IMG/VR virus record: IMGVR_UViG_3300036794_000132
Span: 1-36,178 of that record
Strand: one strand, 5' to 3'
Source of the DNA: a virus
Lineage: Duplodnaviria; Caudoviricetes
Length of the DNA stretch: 36,178 nucleotides
Shown: positions 16,852 to 26,351 of the stretch, piece by piece
Position numbering within the stretch: position 1 is the stretch's first letter
Layout of the letters: each line of letters starts with the position of its first letter
Translations under genes and position numbers: made by a program
The notes under the pieces: model-generated
The model's database searches: none
Told to the model about the DNA's origin: nothing
The model's input: only the letters and a program-made list of their open reading frames with translations

Positions 16852-18193
16852 CTTCCTCTTGTTCTGGGATATCTCTCAATGAATCGAATTTATCTTTATA
16901 ATCCTTCTCTTCTGTTTCTATACGCTTAATTTCGTTTCCGACATCATCAATACGACTAAAGACACCGAGCTGAGTTTCTTTTGAAACAATTCCATCGATA
17001 TTTTGCATGATTTGAGATTCTTCCAAGAGGTTGCGGGGGATATTTCTATCAAATGTGTATTCAATATTTGCGTACTCATTTGCCTGAGTTTGAGGCACAT
17101 TTTCGGTAATGATAAAGAAAAGACGATACCTTTCTTGAAGGCTCGCCCTTAGTTTTCTTTGCATATTTAAAGCAAGATTACTCATTGCTTGAAGCTTATA
17201 TGCCAGTGATGTGCCGCTAGAATTACCAAAGCTTTCATCCGATATATTTGCAACCATTGAAGTTTGATATAACCACTGCTCTAGTCTATTAATCAGATTT
17301 TCTTGCGTACTATCCGCATTAGGTTTATCTAAGAACCTCACATCCACGTTGCTTGTGCTATTTGGATCACCTTTGTAAGTAATAACTCTATTTTCTCGGA
17401 TGTTTTTTAATTCCTCTTCAGTAAAATCAGCTTCACCGCCAATAAATGCAAGGTAGGCTTCGGCAAAATAGTCCACATCATTAGCTTTTTCTGAAATTGC
17501 TTTATTGAGTTGATCTATGATAGGAATTACCGGTTCAAATATTCCCATACGTTCTGTGTTATGCACATACTCAATCATAGGCACGGTTTCAAACGGATGC
17601 GTTTGAGGTTCAAGTAAACTCTCGCCTTTAAATTCATAGAACTCACTACGAGTATAGAAAGCTCCGACTAATTCGTCCTTATCATTTACTCCATAACGAA
17701 TTCCATAAAGTGGCTTTGGTTCAATAGATTCATCCCAAACAATAAATGCTTCGGTTGGTTTTAAAGCTGTAGTGCGAGTCTTGGCATCTTCATTTTGATA
17801 GAGTAATTCAATTGAACTCCCATAGATACAAGCCCACTTACCTAACTCAAAGTTTTTATCTTCGATATTGTTTAAATTGTTAAACTCAACCAATTTTTCA
17901 TTGATTTCATCTGCGAGATGTTTGACCTTTACTGGCTTACCTATAAAATAGCCCATAAATGTATCAACAATATATTTTGCGAATGGCACAGCTACTCGAT
18001 TGTCTGGTTTCCACGAATCCTTTTTCTTAAGCTCATGAATTGCCATTTCTCCATAATACATTGCTTCAAGTTTTTCATATCTTCCAAGCTGTATTTTATG
18101 TTTATCTATTAATTTCTTTATATTTTCAATAGTGACTTCTATTTCGTCACTGTAAATAACCTGTGGCCTTGTGAGTGTGTAATCAGTTCCCAA
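16829..18193 (-). CDS. Portal protein, SPP1 gp6-like
   Basis: KPDNR, AKYIVD, FGNSSGTSLAYKL. Confidence 0.93.
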   Translation of the reverse strand: MGTDYTLTRPQVIYSDEIEVTIENIKKLIDKHKIQLGRYEKLEAMYYGEMAIHELKKKDSWKPDNRVAVPFAKYIVDTFMGYFIGKPVKVKHLADEINEKLVEFNNLNNIEDKNFELGKWACIYGSSIELLYQNEDAKTRTTALKPTEAFIVWDESIEPKPLYGIRYGVNDKDELVGAFYTRSEFYEFKGESLLEPQTHPFETVPMIEYVHNTERMGIFEPVIPIIDQLNKAISEKANDVDYFAEAYLAFIGGEADFTEEELKNIRENRVITYKGDPNSTSNVDVRFLDKPNADSTQENLINRLEQWLYQTSMVANISDESFGNSSGTSLAYKLQAMSNLALNMQRKLRASLQERYRLFFIITENVPQTQANEYANIEYTFDRNIPRNLLEESQIMQNIDGIVSKETQLGVFSRIDDVGNEIKRIETEEKDYKDKFDSLRDIPEQEEDADDEAD

Positions 18194-19582
18194 CTAGAAC
18201 CCTCCTTTTATTGTTCCTATTTTTGCTTTTGGCTTATTCATTGTTTCGGCTATTCCGGTTGTTGCATCCGGTGCATCATCATGTTTGTTTTTACCTTCTT
18301 TTTGATAAGTTGTCATAGCATGATAGTATTCTGGAAAACGTGTACGCCAGTCACTCGGAAAGCGTACGTGCTGCTCAATCCAATAGCTGTTTGAATAAAT
18401 ACGGGCTTCTTTGTTATTTCCTTGATAGAAGTCCTCTACTGCACAAGCTACATTTCCTTGTATCTTTTCTCGTACTGAACGAGCAAAAGACCGACCACCA
18501 TTGTTGCGCTCGATCCTTGATACATTTACTTTATGAGTGATTAATTGTTGAGCTACTGCTTTTTCTGTGTACTCCATTGGTTTTTGTGTGTAAACAACAT
18601 CTAGGACATCCGCAAAGCCGTCTGAGGTTTCTCCCCATACAATAGAGCAAAGATAGTCTTTACCAGTGTCTGCAGTATCGCAGTAATTCCAAATCTTAAT
18701 GTAATTTGAGCGTGATTGATAAGTTTTAAACTCTCCGTACAAGCGACCTTTAATATCAATTGGTTCTTGTTGGTAGTTGGCACTTGCAATATCTGGGCCC
18801 ATTGTCTTTACTTTACGTTTATAATCTTCCAAAGTAAGTACATCATCACAGAGCATTTCGTTTGTTTGTTCATTGTAGGCTTTAAGATTAACGTGTTTCA
18901 CTCTGTAACCATTTTGAGGTAACTCTCTTAAAGCTCGTCCTGCTAGGTCTTCACTATGCCAACGTGTCATGTTAATAATTATCTTACCGCCTGATTCCAA
19001 GCGTGAAAGCATGGTATTAACAAACCATTCCCAGTGCTTATCTAAGACTGCTACATTGTTTGCCTCCTCGGCATTTTTGATAACATCATCAATGATAATA
19101 ATATCAGCACCGAAACCTGTCGCAGTACCTGTTGGAGAAGTTGCGAGATAGTTGTTATAACCATCTTCCAAACTCCAGAGGTTCATTGCACCATCACCAA
19201 ATTTTATTTTGGCATCAAATATATCTGAATAAACAATCTTATTCACATCTGCTTTTGTTTCTTGAATAGTGTTACGCACATTTTTAGAAAAAACTGTGGA
19301 TAAGGTTTCATTATATGATCCTGTCATGATTTTCTTTGTATGGTCATTCCCTAGAATCCATTCAACAAAGCGGCCAAGCGAAAGAGACTTTCCGTGACGT
19401 GGTGGCATATTTAAAACTAATACATCGTGTTCATCATCATTTAAAAAGGATTGAAATTCATTACACACAGAGACCAAATAAGCCCTATCTCGCTTGTAAA
19501 AGCTAGGCATAATCAAATTACAATAATCAAAGAAAAAACGCTTAGCCAGCTCAATTTTAGCCCCTAGCGCAATCTTATCCAT
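18194..19582 (-). CDS. terL: Terminase large subunit
   Basis: MPPRHGKS Walker A, IIIDD Walker B, MTRWH, YQQEP, HDDAPDA. Confidence 0.95.
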   Translation of the reverse strand: MDKIALGAKIELAKRFFFDYCNLIMPSFYKRDRAYLVSVCNEFQSFLNDDEHDVLVLNMPPRHGKSLSLGRFVEWILGNDHTKKIMTGSYNETLSTVFSKNVRNTIQETKADVNKIVYSDIFDAKIKFGDGAMNLWSLEDGYNNYLATSPTGTATGFGADIIIIDDVIKNAEEANNVAVLDKHWEWFVNTMLSRLESGGKIIINMTRWHSEDLAGRALRELPQNGYRVKHVNLKAYNEQTNEMLCDDVLTLEDYKRKVKTMGPDIASANYQQEPIDIKGRLYGEFKTYQSRSNYIKIWNYCDTADTGKDYLCSIVWGETSDGFADVLDVVYTQKPMEYTEKAVAQQLITHKVNVSRIERNNGGRSFARSVREKIQGNVACAVEDFYQGNNKEARIYSNSYWIEQHVRFPSDWRTRFPEYYHAMTTYQKEGKNKHDDAPDATTGIAETMNKPKAKIGTIKGGF

Positions 19583-20066
19583 CTCTACTTGCCAACTTTC
19601 TGAGTTCTTCTTCTGTCAAGTTTTGGAATGGATCATTCATTTTCACATTTCCAGTTAATTCAACTTGACTTCGATCATTCCAACGCTTAGGATCTGTATT
19701 TTTCAGAGCGAAAATAATTGCAGTTGTATCTGCTGGTATTAATTTTTTTACTTTCTTTATATGTTTTTTTGAAACCACACCATTTTTATCAACCCATTGT
19801 TCCTGGTGAACCTCTTCAACCTCACGATCTTGTAATTTATCTCGAAGTGCTGCTTCGGCTTTAATAGCAATATAACGTGGTTTTGCTTTTTCTGCCTTTT
19901 TTAATAGGTCCGACAAGTCCGAATACTCTTTTTTATATTTTAAAAAAGTTGACTTTGCAATTCCTAATTCTGCTGCAATAGCTACCAAGTCCCAATCATG
20001 AGAACGCCAGAAAAATATATCATCAAAGTGAGGTTTTACATGCGTTTCATATTTTGATTTTGCCAT
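19575..20066 (-). CDS. terS: Terminase small subunit
   Basis: N-terminal HTH, DTTAIIFALKN, overlaps the terL start. Confidence 0.8.
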   Translation of the reverse strand: MAKSKYETHVKPHFDDIFFWRSHDWDLVAIAAELGIAKSTFLKYKKEYSDLSDLLKKAEKAKPRYIAIKAEAALRDKLQDREVEEVHQEQWVDKNGVVSKKHIKKVKKLIPADTTAIIFALKNTDPKRWNDRSQVELTGNVKMNDPFQNLTEEELRKLASRDG

Positions 20067-20096
20067 TCATAACCCCCATTCTTTTAATATAATTTC

Positions 20097-21263
20097 TTAA
20101 TTTATTTTAGTGGCCTTTTGTCCCGTCAACAGTTCCCAACGTCGAATGATCACATCAGCATAACGTGGATCATATTCCATGAGATAAGCATTCCTTCCAT
20201 TTTGCTCTGCAGCAATCATAGTTGTACCAGAACCCCCAAAGAGATCTAAAACAATATCACCTTGTTTACTTGAATTCTGCATTTGATAATCGAACAAAGC
20301 AACAGGTTTCATAGTTGGATGATCACCATTTCTTTGTGGCTTATCAAAATTTAAAACAGTTGTTTGTTTTCTATCAGAATGCCAAGAGTGAGAAGCCCCT
20401 TCTAGCCACCCATAAAGACACGGCTCATGTTTCCACTGATAATCCTGTCTTCCCATCACCATTTGATTTTTATTCCAAATAAGCTCTTGTTTAACCATGA
20501 AACCCGCTTCTTCAATTGAAGTGTGGAAATTTACAACTTCTGATGATGCATACCAACAATAAAAGGCTGCACCTTTTTTCATTGCGCTTCTTGCTGCTTC
20601 AAATACATCAACTAAAAATAAGTGGAAATCCTCAGAACTTTTAGAGTCATTTTCAATTGTGAGAGCATCTTCGGTTTTTCCTTGGTATGCTACGTTATAA
20701 GGGGGGTCAGTAAGTAACAAATCCGCCTTCTGTTCGCCCATAAGGGCCGCTACTTGCTCAATGTCGGTAGAATCCCCAACCATTAAACGATGGCGTCCTA
20801 ATTGGTAAATATCCCCTAATTTTGCGGTTGGTTCCTCAGGTGGAGTAACATCAAAATTTTCATCTTCAACAACTTCTTCAAGATCTTTAAGTTCTTCAAA
20901 TCCGAATTCGGACATATCAAAGTTCAACTCCAAATCAGAGATTTCGCTGAGTTCCATTGACAAAGCTTCCATGTCCCATGTTGCAAGCTCAGAGACTTTA
21001 TTATCAGCCAAACGAAACGCTTTGACCTTTTCTTCTGATAGATCGTCTGCAACAATTACTGGAACTTCTTCAAGACCTAACTTTTGAGCAGCTTTTAAAC
21101 GAGTGTGGCCATTAATGATTTCATTTTTACTGTCAACTACAATAGGGACCTTAAATCCGAAATTTTTAATCGCACTTGCAACTGCATCTACAGCATTGTC
21201 ATTATTTCTTGGATTGTTGATATATGGTATCAAGTCACCAACTTTTTTATTTACTATTTGCAT
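20097..21263 (-). CDS. ParB-like N-terminal domain fused to N6/N4 DNA methyltransferase (beta class)
   Basis: LIPYINNPR, GHTRLKAA, TDPPY, HPTMKP, LDLFGGSGTT. Confidence 0.92.
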   Translation of the reverse strand: MQIVNKKVGDLIPYINNPRNNDNAVDAVASAIKNFGFKVPIVVDSKNEIINGHTRLKAAQKLGLEEVPVIVADDLSEEKVKAFRLADNKVSELATWDMEALSMELSEISDLELNFDMSEFGFEELKDLEEVVEDENFDVTPPEEPTAKLGDIYQLGRHRLMVGDSTDIEQVAALMGEQKADLLLTDPPYNVAYQGKTEDALTIENDSKSSEDFHLFLVDVFEAARSAMKKGAAFYCWYASSEVVNFHTSIEEAGFMVKQELIWNKNQMVMGRQDYQWKHEPCLYGWLEGASHSWHSDRKQTTVLNFDKPQRNGDHPTMKPVALFDYQMQNSSKQGDIVLDLFGGSGTTMIAAEQNGRNAYLMEYDPRYADVIIRRWELLTGQKATKIN

Positions 21264-21430
21264 AATTATCCTCCAAAAATAAAAGCCAGTAGAATAATCT
21301 ACTAGCTTTATGTGGAATCCATTTTTATATTAATTATTAAATATTTGATCGTTACAATTTCCGAAAGCAGCATGTCAGCACCGCAACCGTACTTTTTCAA
21401 ATATTTAAGCTTTTATATAAAACTTTCATG

Positions 21431-21482
21431 ATACTATTAAAACACTTTTTGGATGTCAGGTTCTATACCCTAAACATGACAT
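21431..21482 (-). promoter_or_regulatory. Putative late promoter with activator-binding inverted repeat
   Basis: ATGTCA (21453-58) N18 TGACAT (21477-82) just downstream of the activator gene, upstream of a -10-like TAGTAT. Confidence 0.6.
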
Positions 21483-21493
21483 TTGAGCATTTT

Positions 21494-21919
21494 TTACCAA
21501 AAACCACCACTTTTTTTATCATAAAGCTCTAAAATAGCTCTTCTTTTACGATAAATTTGCCTTTCTGTGAGTCCAACTAATTCGGTAATTTCTTCCCATG
21601 TGTAAAGATTAGAGTCAATCCACCGATAGTGAAATATTAGTTTTGTTTTATCATCAAGTTCAGTCAACATCTCATCAACTAAATTTCTGAAATTGTTAAA
21701 ATTTTGTATTTGTGGATCAGCATCCCATTTCATAACCAACTCTTCAACTGGCTTTGAAATTTTGTTAGAACGGCCACCGCCAAAATTTTCGTCACGATTT
21801 TCTTTGATTTTTAGTTCTTGTTTTCTCACTGCAATAGCATTATCAATTCTTTTATACATGAACAATTTATTTTCAATCATCTTTAAATCATTCTGTGATA
21901 ATGTGTATCTTCTACTCAC
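21494..21919 (-). CDS. ArpU/RinA-family late transcriptional activator
   Basis: DENFGGGRSNKISKPVE, C-terminal HTH (TWEEI...QIYRKRRAIL), upstream of packaging genes. Confidence 0.88.
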   Translation of the reverse strand: MSRRYTLSQNDLKMIENKLFMYKRIDNAIAVRKQELKIKENRDENFGGGRSNKISKPVEELVMKWDADPQIQNFNNFRNLVDEMLTELDDKTKLIFHYRWIDSNLYTWEEITELVGLTERQIYRKRRAILELYDKKSGGFW

Positions 21920-21938
21920 GTCCTAACTCCTTTTCATT

Positions 21939-21998
21939 TGATATAATAGAGTTAGAAATTTTCTAATTACCTAAGCCCGTTGCTTCCGGGTTTTTTTT
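21939..21998 (+). ncRNA. Putative antisense sRNA unit upstream of the late activator
   Basis: TGA-TATAAT 21939-21947, TTAGAA/TTCTAA hairpin, GCCCG/CGGGT stem plus T8. Confidence 0.6.
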
Positions 21999-22003
21999 AT
22001 TTA

Positions 22004-22822
22004 CTAATATGACTCAACATAGACCGCAAGACCAACCGCACCTAATGCAACAACAATCATTATTACAATTGTGATGATCGTCCAAATAATTGGATGAGGT
22101 GTATTTGATTCCAGCTCATCTTGTAAGAATACTTTTATAGGTTGATTCTTATGTAGTCTAATCTGCTTATCTCTACTTTGATTAGGAAACTGTATAGGTT
22201 TCAATCCGTTATCTGTCAAATCAGCATAGAATGTTGTACCAAACTTAGCTGGCACTCCACACCAAATTGTCCGTTTATCTCTGCGTGTGTACTGCTTATT
22301 GCCAGTTTCCTTAGAACCTTTGATTATATCTTTAACTGGAATAGCTTCTTCATACTTCTCTAACATGAACAAATTAGAAGAATAGCTATGACCAAAGAAC
22401 GAGAGAGTTTTAGCTTCCTTATGTTCTTTTCCGACATTCTCCCACTCCCATACAGTTCGTGTTTTAACTTCAGTAGTCACATTCCCTTTACTGTCGGTAT
22501 GAGTCTCAGTATAAGTTTCTGTGTGTGGTAGATACTCCTGATACTTTGCTGTGATTGAAGCATATTTCTTGCCAGTGTTTACTTGAGAAAGCGATACAGA
22601 ATCAACTGCAGACAGATCAGCTTGAACAATAGAACGGCCTCCACCAGTATCAAGTAAATAATCAAAGTCTTCTTTATTATCAATACGATTTGCACTTTGA
22701 TAAAAGTGTCTATTGTCTGCTTTGTTTGCAAAATCTTTGTTATACCATTTTAAAGATACTGTTCCAATGATGGCCCATAATATAATAAGCACTATTCCCA
22801 TAATTAATTTCCTCATTTGCAC
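22004..22822 (-). CDS. Membrane protein (N- and C-terminal TM), LemA partner
   Basis: Two terminal hydrophobic segments, T-rich ETYTETHTDSKGNVTT...WEW segment. Confidence 0.75.
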   Translation of the reverse strand: MQMRKLIMGIVLIILWAIIGTVSLKWYNKDFANKADNRHFYQSANRIDNKEDFDYLLDTGGGRSIVQADLSAVDSVSLSQVNTGKKYASITAKYQEYLPHTETYTETHTDSKGNVTTEVKTRTVWEWENVGKEHKEAKTLSFFGHSYSSNLFMLEKYEEAIPVKDIIKGSKETGNKQYTRRDKRTIWCGVPAKFGTTFYADLTDNGLKPIQFPNQSRDKQIRLHKNQPIKVFLQDELESNTPHPIIWTIITIVIMIVVALGAVGLAVYVESY

Positions 22823-22824
22823 CT

Positions 22825-23376
22825 CTAGAATAAATCTCTAGCATCCTTATTATCAACATGGAAATCAAGATATTTATAATCTTGTTTTTCATATCCTGTC
22901 ATATTCAATACGATCTTAGGAAAGAATGAACGAACATATCTGTTATAGCTTTTCACACTTGAATTATAGGATTCACGATAGTTGGCCAAACGATTTTCTG
23001 TCATGCTAAATTCTTTATTGATCTGTGAATAATTAGACTGTGCTTTTAGATCTGGATACTTTTCTACAACAATATTCAAAGACTTCATAGCTTCATGAGT
23101 ATTTCCTTTGTCTGCTTGTTTACGTGCTTCTGTGACAGCTTTAAGTGTCTCAGACTCATGATTGTTATAAGACTTAACAGAATCTGCTAAGTTATTAAAT
23201 AAATCAACTCGCCGCTGTTCTTCTTTACTGATATCTGACTTAGAGCTACTAACAGCCTCCTCAAGGACAACTGTTCTATTATTAACATTTGATACGATTA
23301 AAGTGCTCGTCAGTGCAAGGATTAATAATAATCCCATGAATACACCAATTGATATTGCTACTATTTTTTTCATCAT
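22825..23376 (-). CDS. lemA: LemA family protein
   Basis: QRRVDLFNNL, HESETL, VVEKYPDLKA, ENRLANYRESYN, FP. Confidence 0.92.
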   Translation of the reverse strand: MMKKIVAISIGVFMGLLLILALTSTLIVSNVNNRTVVLEEAVSSSKSDISKEEQRRVDLFNNLADSVKSYNNHESETLKAVTEARKQADKGNTHEAMKSLNIVVEKYPDLKAQSNYSQINKEFSMTENRLANYRESYNSSVKSYNRYVRSFFPKIVLNMTGYEKQDYKYLDFHVDNKDARDLF

Positions 23377-23486
23377 TTACCTTCATTCTTCTTTCTCAGC
23401 TCATTCAAGATATTACTCAGTTGCCCAAAGTTTAGCAAAGAGAATATTGCTGTAATAACCAATGACACAGTTACAATTAAATTCAT
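23373..23486 (-). CDS. 37-aa single-TM peptide (not in ORF track)
   Basis: ATGA-coupled at both ends. MNLIVTVSLVITAIFSLLNFGQLSNILNELRKKNEGK*. Confidence 0.6.
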   Translation of the reverse strand: MNLIVTVSLVITAIFSLLNFGQLSNILNELRKKNEGK

Positions 23487-23668
23487 TCCACTACCTCATC
23501 TAACTCATAGAATGCAGCTTTAATTGCATCAGCTACTGGTAAATTTTCTTCTTCACATACTCCAACAAATGCTTGTGCTAAAACTGTTAAATAATCAACT
23601 GTCTCACCTCCGTTACATTTAAATTCTCCATCTTGCTTTTTCCCTTTTGTAATTTCAATCTTTATCAT
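23483..23668 (-). CDS. Hypothetical phage protein
   Basis: GAGGAG RBS, co-oriented with the operon. Confidence 0.7.
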   Translation of the reverse strand: MIKIEITKGKKQDGEFKCNGGETVDYLTVLAQAFVGVCEEENLPVADAIKAAFYELDEVVE

Positions 23669-23776
23669 CTTTTTTATTCTCCTCTAACTATGGTAAATAT
23701 ATAATATAATCGGAAGTGGCTTTATAAGCTGTACTCCCTGGTAATCACTGCCTTTATACGGCTTTTTTTATTTTGG

Positions 23777-23998
23777 TTAAAACGGGATATTTTTGAATGA
23801 CTTACTAAGATATTTTTCTAACCTATCAGCTATTGGAATAATAAGTTTTTCAATCTGTTTCTGAAATTCTCGAATTGAACTTTTAAGCTTTATTCTGTGC
23901 TCACAATCACTACAAAGCTGTTCTTTTAGCTGTGGAATAAGCTCTTCATTATCCATAGGGTATTTACATACTGAGCAAAAATATAAATCTTTACTCAT
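23777..23998 (-). CDS. Hypothetical zinc-finger protein
   Basis: CSVC...CSDC. Confidence 0.65.
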   Translation of the reverse strand: MSKDLYFCSVCKYPMDNEELIPQLKEQLCSDCEHRIKLKSSIREFQKQIEKLIIPIADRLEKYLSKSFKNIPF

Positions 23999-24309
23999 CC
24001 CTCAACCTCCACAAAAGGTCTAGTTAGTGGATTAATATAAGCATGCATGAGTCTAGTATTATCACGACAGAATTTATAAAGCTGTTCACTACACTTGCCA
24101 TGTCCGAGATAAGCCCATGTATTAATTTTTCCTTTTTCTTCAATTACTGAGTAAGGAGTACTTTCCCAGTTTGTTTTACCTGTTAATTCTTCCAACTCCT
24201 CCGCAATCTTCTTCGGTATGCTGAGTTTTTTTCTAATTTCACGGTACTTTTTTGCGTCTTGCTTTATCATTTCCTCAGCAACTAATTCAGAAATTCTTTT
24301 ATTGTTCAT
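23995..24309 (-). CDS. Hypothetical phage protein
   Basis: Coupled ORF with RBS. Confidence 0.7.
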   Translation of the reverse strand: MNNKRISELVAEEMIKQDAKKYREIRKKLSIPKKIAEELEELTGKTNWESTPYSVIEEKGKINTWAYLGHGKCSEQLYKFCRDNTRLMHAYINPLTRPFVEVEG

Positions 24310-24625
24310 CTTCCCCTCCGATTTCTGCGAGTGCTTGCTTGGCTAATTTCTGCAATTCGTCTGGGCTACATTCTTCGCCATTAATAATCACTGAATCAGA
24401 ATCATAATTATATCCCTCAGCAAATTGATATTCAGCATCTCTTATATTCTCCAGTGCTTCAACAGCCGTGGCAAGCTTCTTTTCAAGACATAAATTATCC
24501 ATATGTACCTCAGCAAACTCTGCAGCAGTTACAAGCTGTGTTTTTTCTTCACGAATTATTGCAATATCCTCATCACTGTAAGGCCACAAGTGATCTTTCA
24601 AATTATCTTTTGCTGTTTTTGTCAT
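24299..24625 (-). CDS. Hypothetical phage protein
   Basis: Coupled ORF with RBS. Confidence 0.7.
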   Translation of the reverse strand: MTKTAKDNLKDHLWPYSDEDIAIIREEKTQLVTAAEFAEVHMDNLCLEKKLATAVEALENIRDAEYQFAEGYNYDSDSVIINGEECSPDELQKLAKQALAEIGGEDEQ

Positions 24626-24786
24626 GCATATCTCCCATCAAAATCTACTATTTCCAAAACTTTGTCGTCATAAAAAGATTCATTAATTCCAATAAATGCA
24701 GCCCCACAAGTGTACATCCTTGTTAATTCAATCTTCATATCATCTGGAAATTCTTTCAATTTGTCTTGTAATTCTTTATTTGTCAT
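24622..24786 (-). CDS. Hypothetical phage protein
   Basis: Start moved to MTNKELQDKLKEFPDD (GAGGAG RBS). Confidence 0.65.
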   Translation of the reverse strand: MTNKELQDKLKEFPDDMKIELTRMYTCGAAFIGINESFYDDKVLEIVDFDGRYA

Positions 24787-24788
24787 CT

Positions 24789-25055
24789 TCACTCCTCTAT
24801 CAATTCTTCTACCGAGCATCCGAGGGCTTGGGCAATAGTCAAAACTATTAATGATTTTTTTGTATAAATTTCGCCAAAAGTGAAAGCATTATTTTCAATT
24901 TTATTTAAATTCAAAATTAAACCTTTTATATCAACTATCTCGTGGCCCATTGGCAAATTCCTACGTATTTCTTCTAATCTGTTAACTTCATGCGCTAGCT
25001 GCTCAACAGTCAAACCTCTTTCCTCACGCATGATTTGCAGTTTTGTTTTTGTCAT
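24789..25055 (-). CDS. XRE-type HTH protein
   Basis: MREERGLTVEQLA...IAQALGCSVEEL. Confidence 0.8.
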   Translation of the reverse strand: MTKTKLQIMREERGLTVEQLAHEVNRLEEIRRNLPMGHEIVDIKGLILNLNKIENNAFTFGEIYTKKSLIVLTIAQALGCSVEELIEE

Positions 25056-25858
25056 TTCGCCTCCTCAAACAAATCTAGTTGCTTCGCTGGTTTAAAATTC
25101 ATCCACAGCACCTCATTTTGTGTTTTTCCTGTAAAGGTTGCTGTCGGAATAATAATTTTTTCCCAGTCTTTTAAGTAACTGTTGTAAAGATCACTTTCAT
25201 ACCCGCTTAAAATTATCTTTGAGTTTGATGCATTCAATGTTTTAAGAAGCTCAATGTGCTCTTCATCACTCATTTCATGCTGATAATATGATCCACTGAG
25301 TAAAGATTTCAAGTAAGGTGGGTCAACATAAATAAGTGTTTCTGGATCATCAAATTCTTTAATAAGCTGCACTGCAGGTCTATTTTCAATTTGTGCATTC
25401 TTCAATCGGTCAACTGCTTCTAGGATTACCTCTGGAACTTTGCCCCATGTCTGAGTATTATATGGGCCTTTCCATGTCGTATTTCTTTTAAAGCTTGAAT
25501 GATGACTTGTTTTCCCACCAATTGAGAACCATAATCTAACCATCATACGTCTGGCATCTTCCAGCTTATCTGCAGCAATCTCATAAGATAAAACTTGTTC
25601 TTCTCGCGAATAAGGAGTGAGAGAAATCATACTGGCCAGTTGTTTTGGCTGCTCTCTTATTTGCTTGTAAAGATTGATTAACCTACTGTCCAAGTCATTT
25701 ATAGTCTCACAAAGGACTTTTTCTTTATTGAAAAATACTGCTAAACTACCCGCGTATGGCTCAAGATAGTTTTTATGTTCTGGACAAAGGGAAATAATAA
25801 GCTGTGCCATTTTCCATTTGCTGCCTGGATAATTAATTATCCGTTTCATATCGTCCAA
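25052..25858 (-). CDS. D12-class (Dam-like) DNA adenine methyltransferase
   Basis: NYPGSK, YLEPYAGS, IND, YVDPPY. Confidence 0.92.
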   Translation of the reverse strand: MDDMKRIINYPGSKWKMAQLIISLCPEHKNYLEPYAGSLAVFFNKEKVLCETINDLDSRLINLYKQIREQPKQLASMISLTPYSREEQVLSYEIAADKLEDARRMMVRLWFSIGGKTSHHSSFKRNTTWKGPYNTQTWGKVPEVILEAVDRLKNAQIENRPAVQLIKEFDDPETLIYVDPPYLKSLLSGSYYQHEMSDEEHIELLKTLNASNSKIILSGYESDLYNSYLKDWEKIIIPTATFTGKTQNEVLWMNFKPAKQLDLFEEAK

Positions 25859-26042
25859 TCCCTCCTAAAATTTCTTCACGGCTCATGCTCGCATATGGTT
25901 CTGGAATCTGTGGGTCGAGTGTAGCACTGATTTTATTGATCGTATCAACTGCTGCTTTTCTAAGAGGACATAGATTGAGTGGGCAATCAAGTTCATCATG
26001 CTCCTTGATGAGATCAAACATCTCGCTTATTTCAGGGTTCAT
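25833..26042 (-). CDS. Hypothetical phage protein
   Basis: GGAGG RBS, coupled. Confidence 0.65.
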   Translation of the reverse strand: MNPEISEMFDLIKEHDELDCPLNLCPLRKAAVDTINKISATLDPQIPEPYASMSREEILGGIGRYETDN

Positions 26043-26351
26043 ACTTCTTCCTCCACAGGAACAAGCTCAATGAGCGGGTTAATCCATTCCCAATCATTCC
26101 CAATCATTTCCAATTATTCTATCCCAGCCATCAGAAATTAGTTGATCAATCGTTATATTTCTTGGTTTTTGTTTCACTTTGTAAAACGCACCGTTCATTA
26201 TTTCAGCAAGTTCTGATTTTGTAAAAGAATCAACCGAATAATCATAATCAAAAGTTCTGTTTTTAGTTAACATTATAGGAGCATCTGCATAAGTTAATCC
26301 ATCTGCTTGTAACTCCTTTTTTATCTTCACATAATATTTTTGATCACTCAT
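26039..26351 (-). pseudogene. Hypothetical protein truncated at 26094 by a 10-nt tandem duplication
   Basis: Removing one CATTCCCAAT copy restores ...DWEWINPLIELVPVEEEV* with ATGA coupling to the next gene. Confidence 0.7.
26085..26114. repeat. 10-nt tandem repeat x3
   Basis: CATTCCCAAT CATTCCCAAT CATTTCCAAT. Confidence 0.9.

Noticed and set aside
8089-19151. Many plus-strand and alternate-frame ORFs inside structural genes (e.g. 10375-10938, 13864-14370)
   Set aside because: Shadow ORFs of well-supported minus-strand genes, with no RBS or recognisable motifs.
23690-23770. Plus-strand sRNA unit as a stand-alone feature
   Set aside because: The TATAAT copies lack a properly placed TG and the terminator has a large loop. 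Kept only as a weak member of the family finding.
25052-25858. Calling the MTase dam (GATC-specific)
   Set aside because: The family is clear but the specificity cannot be read from the sequence.
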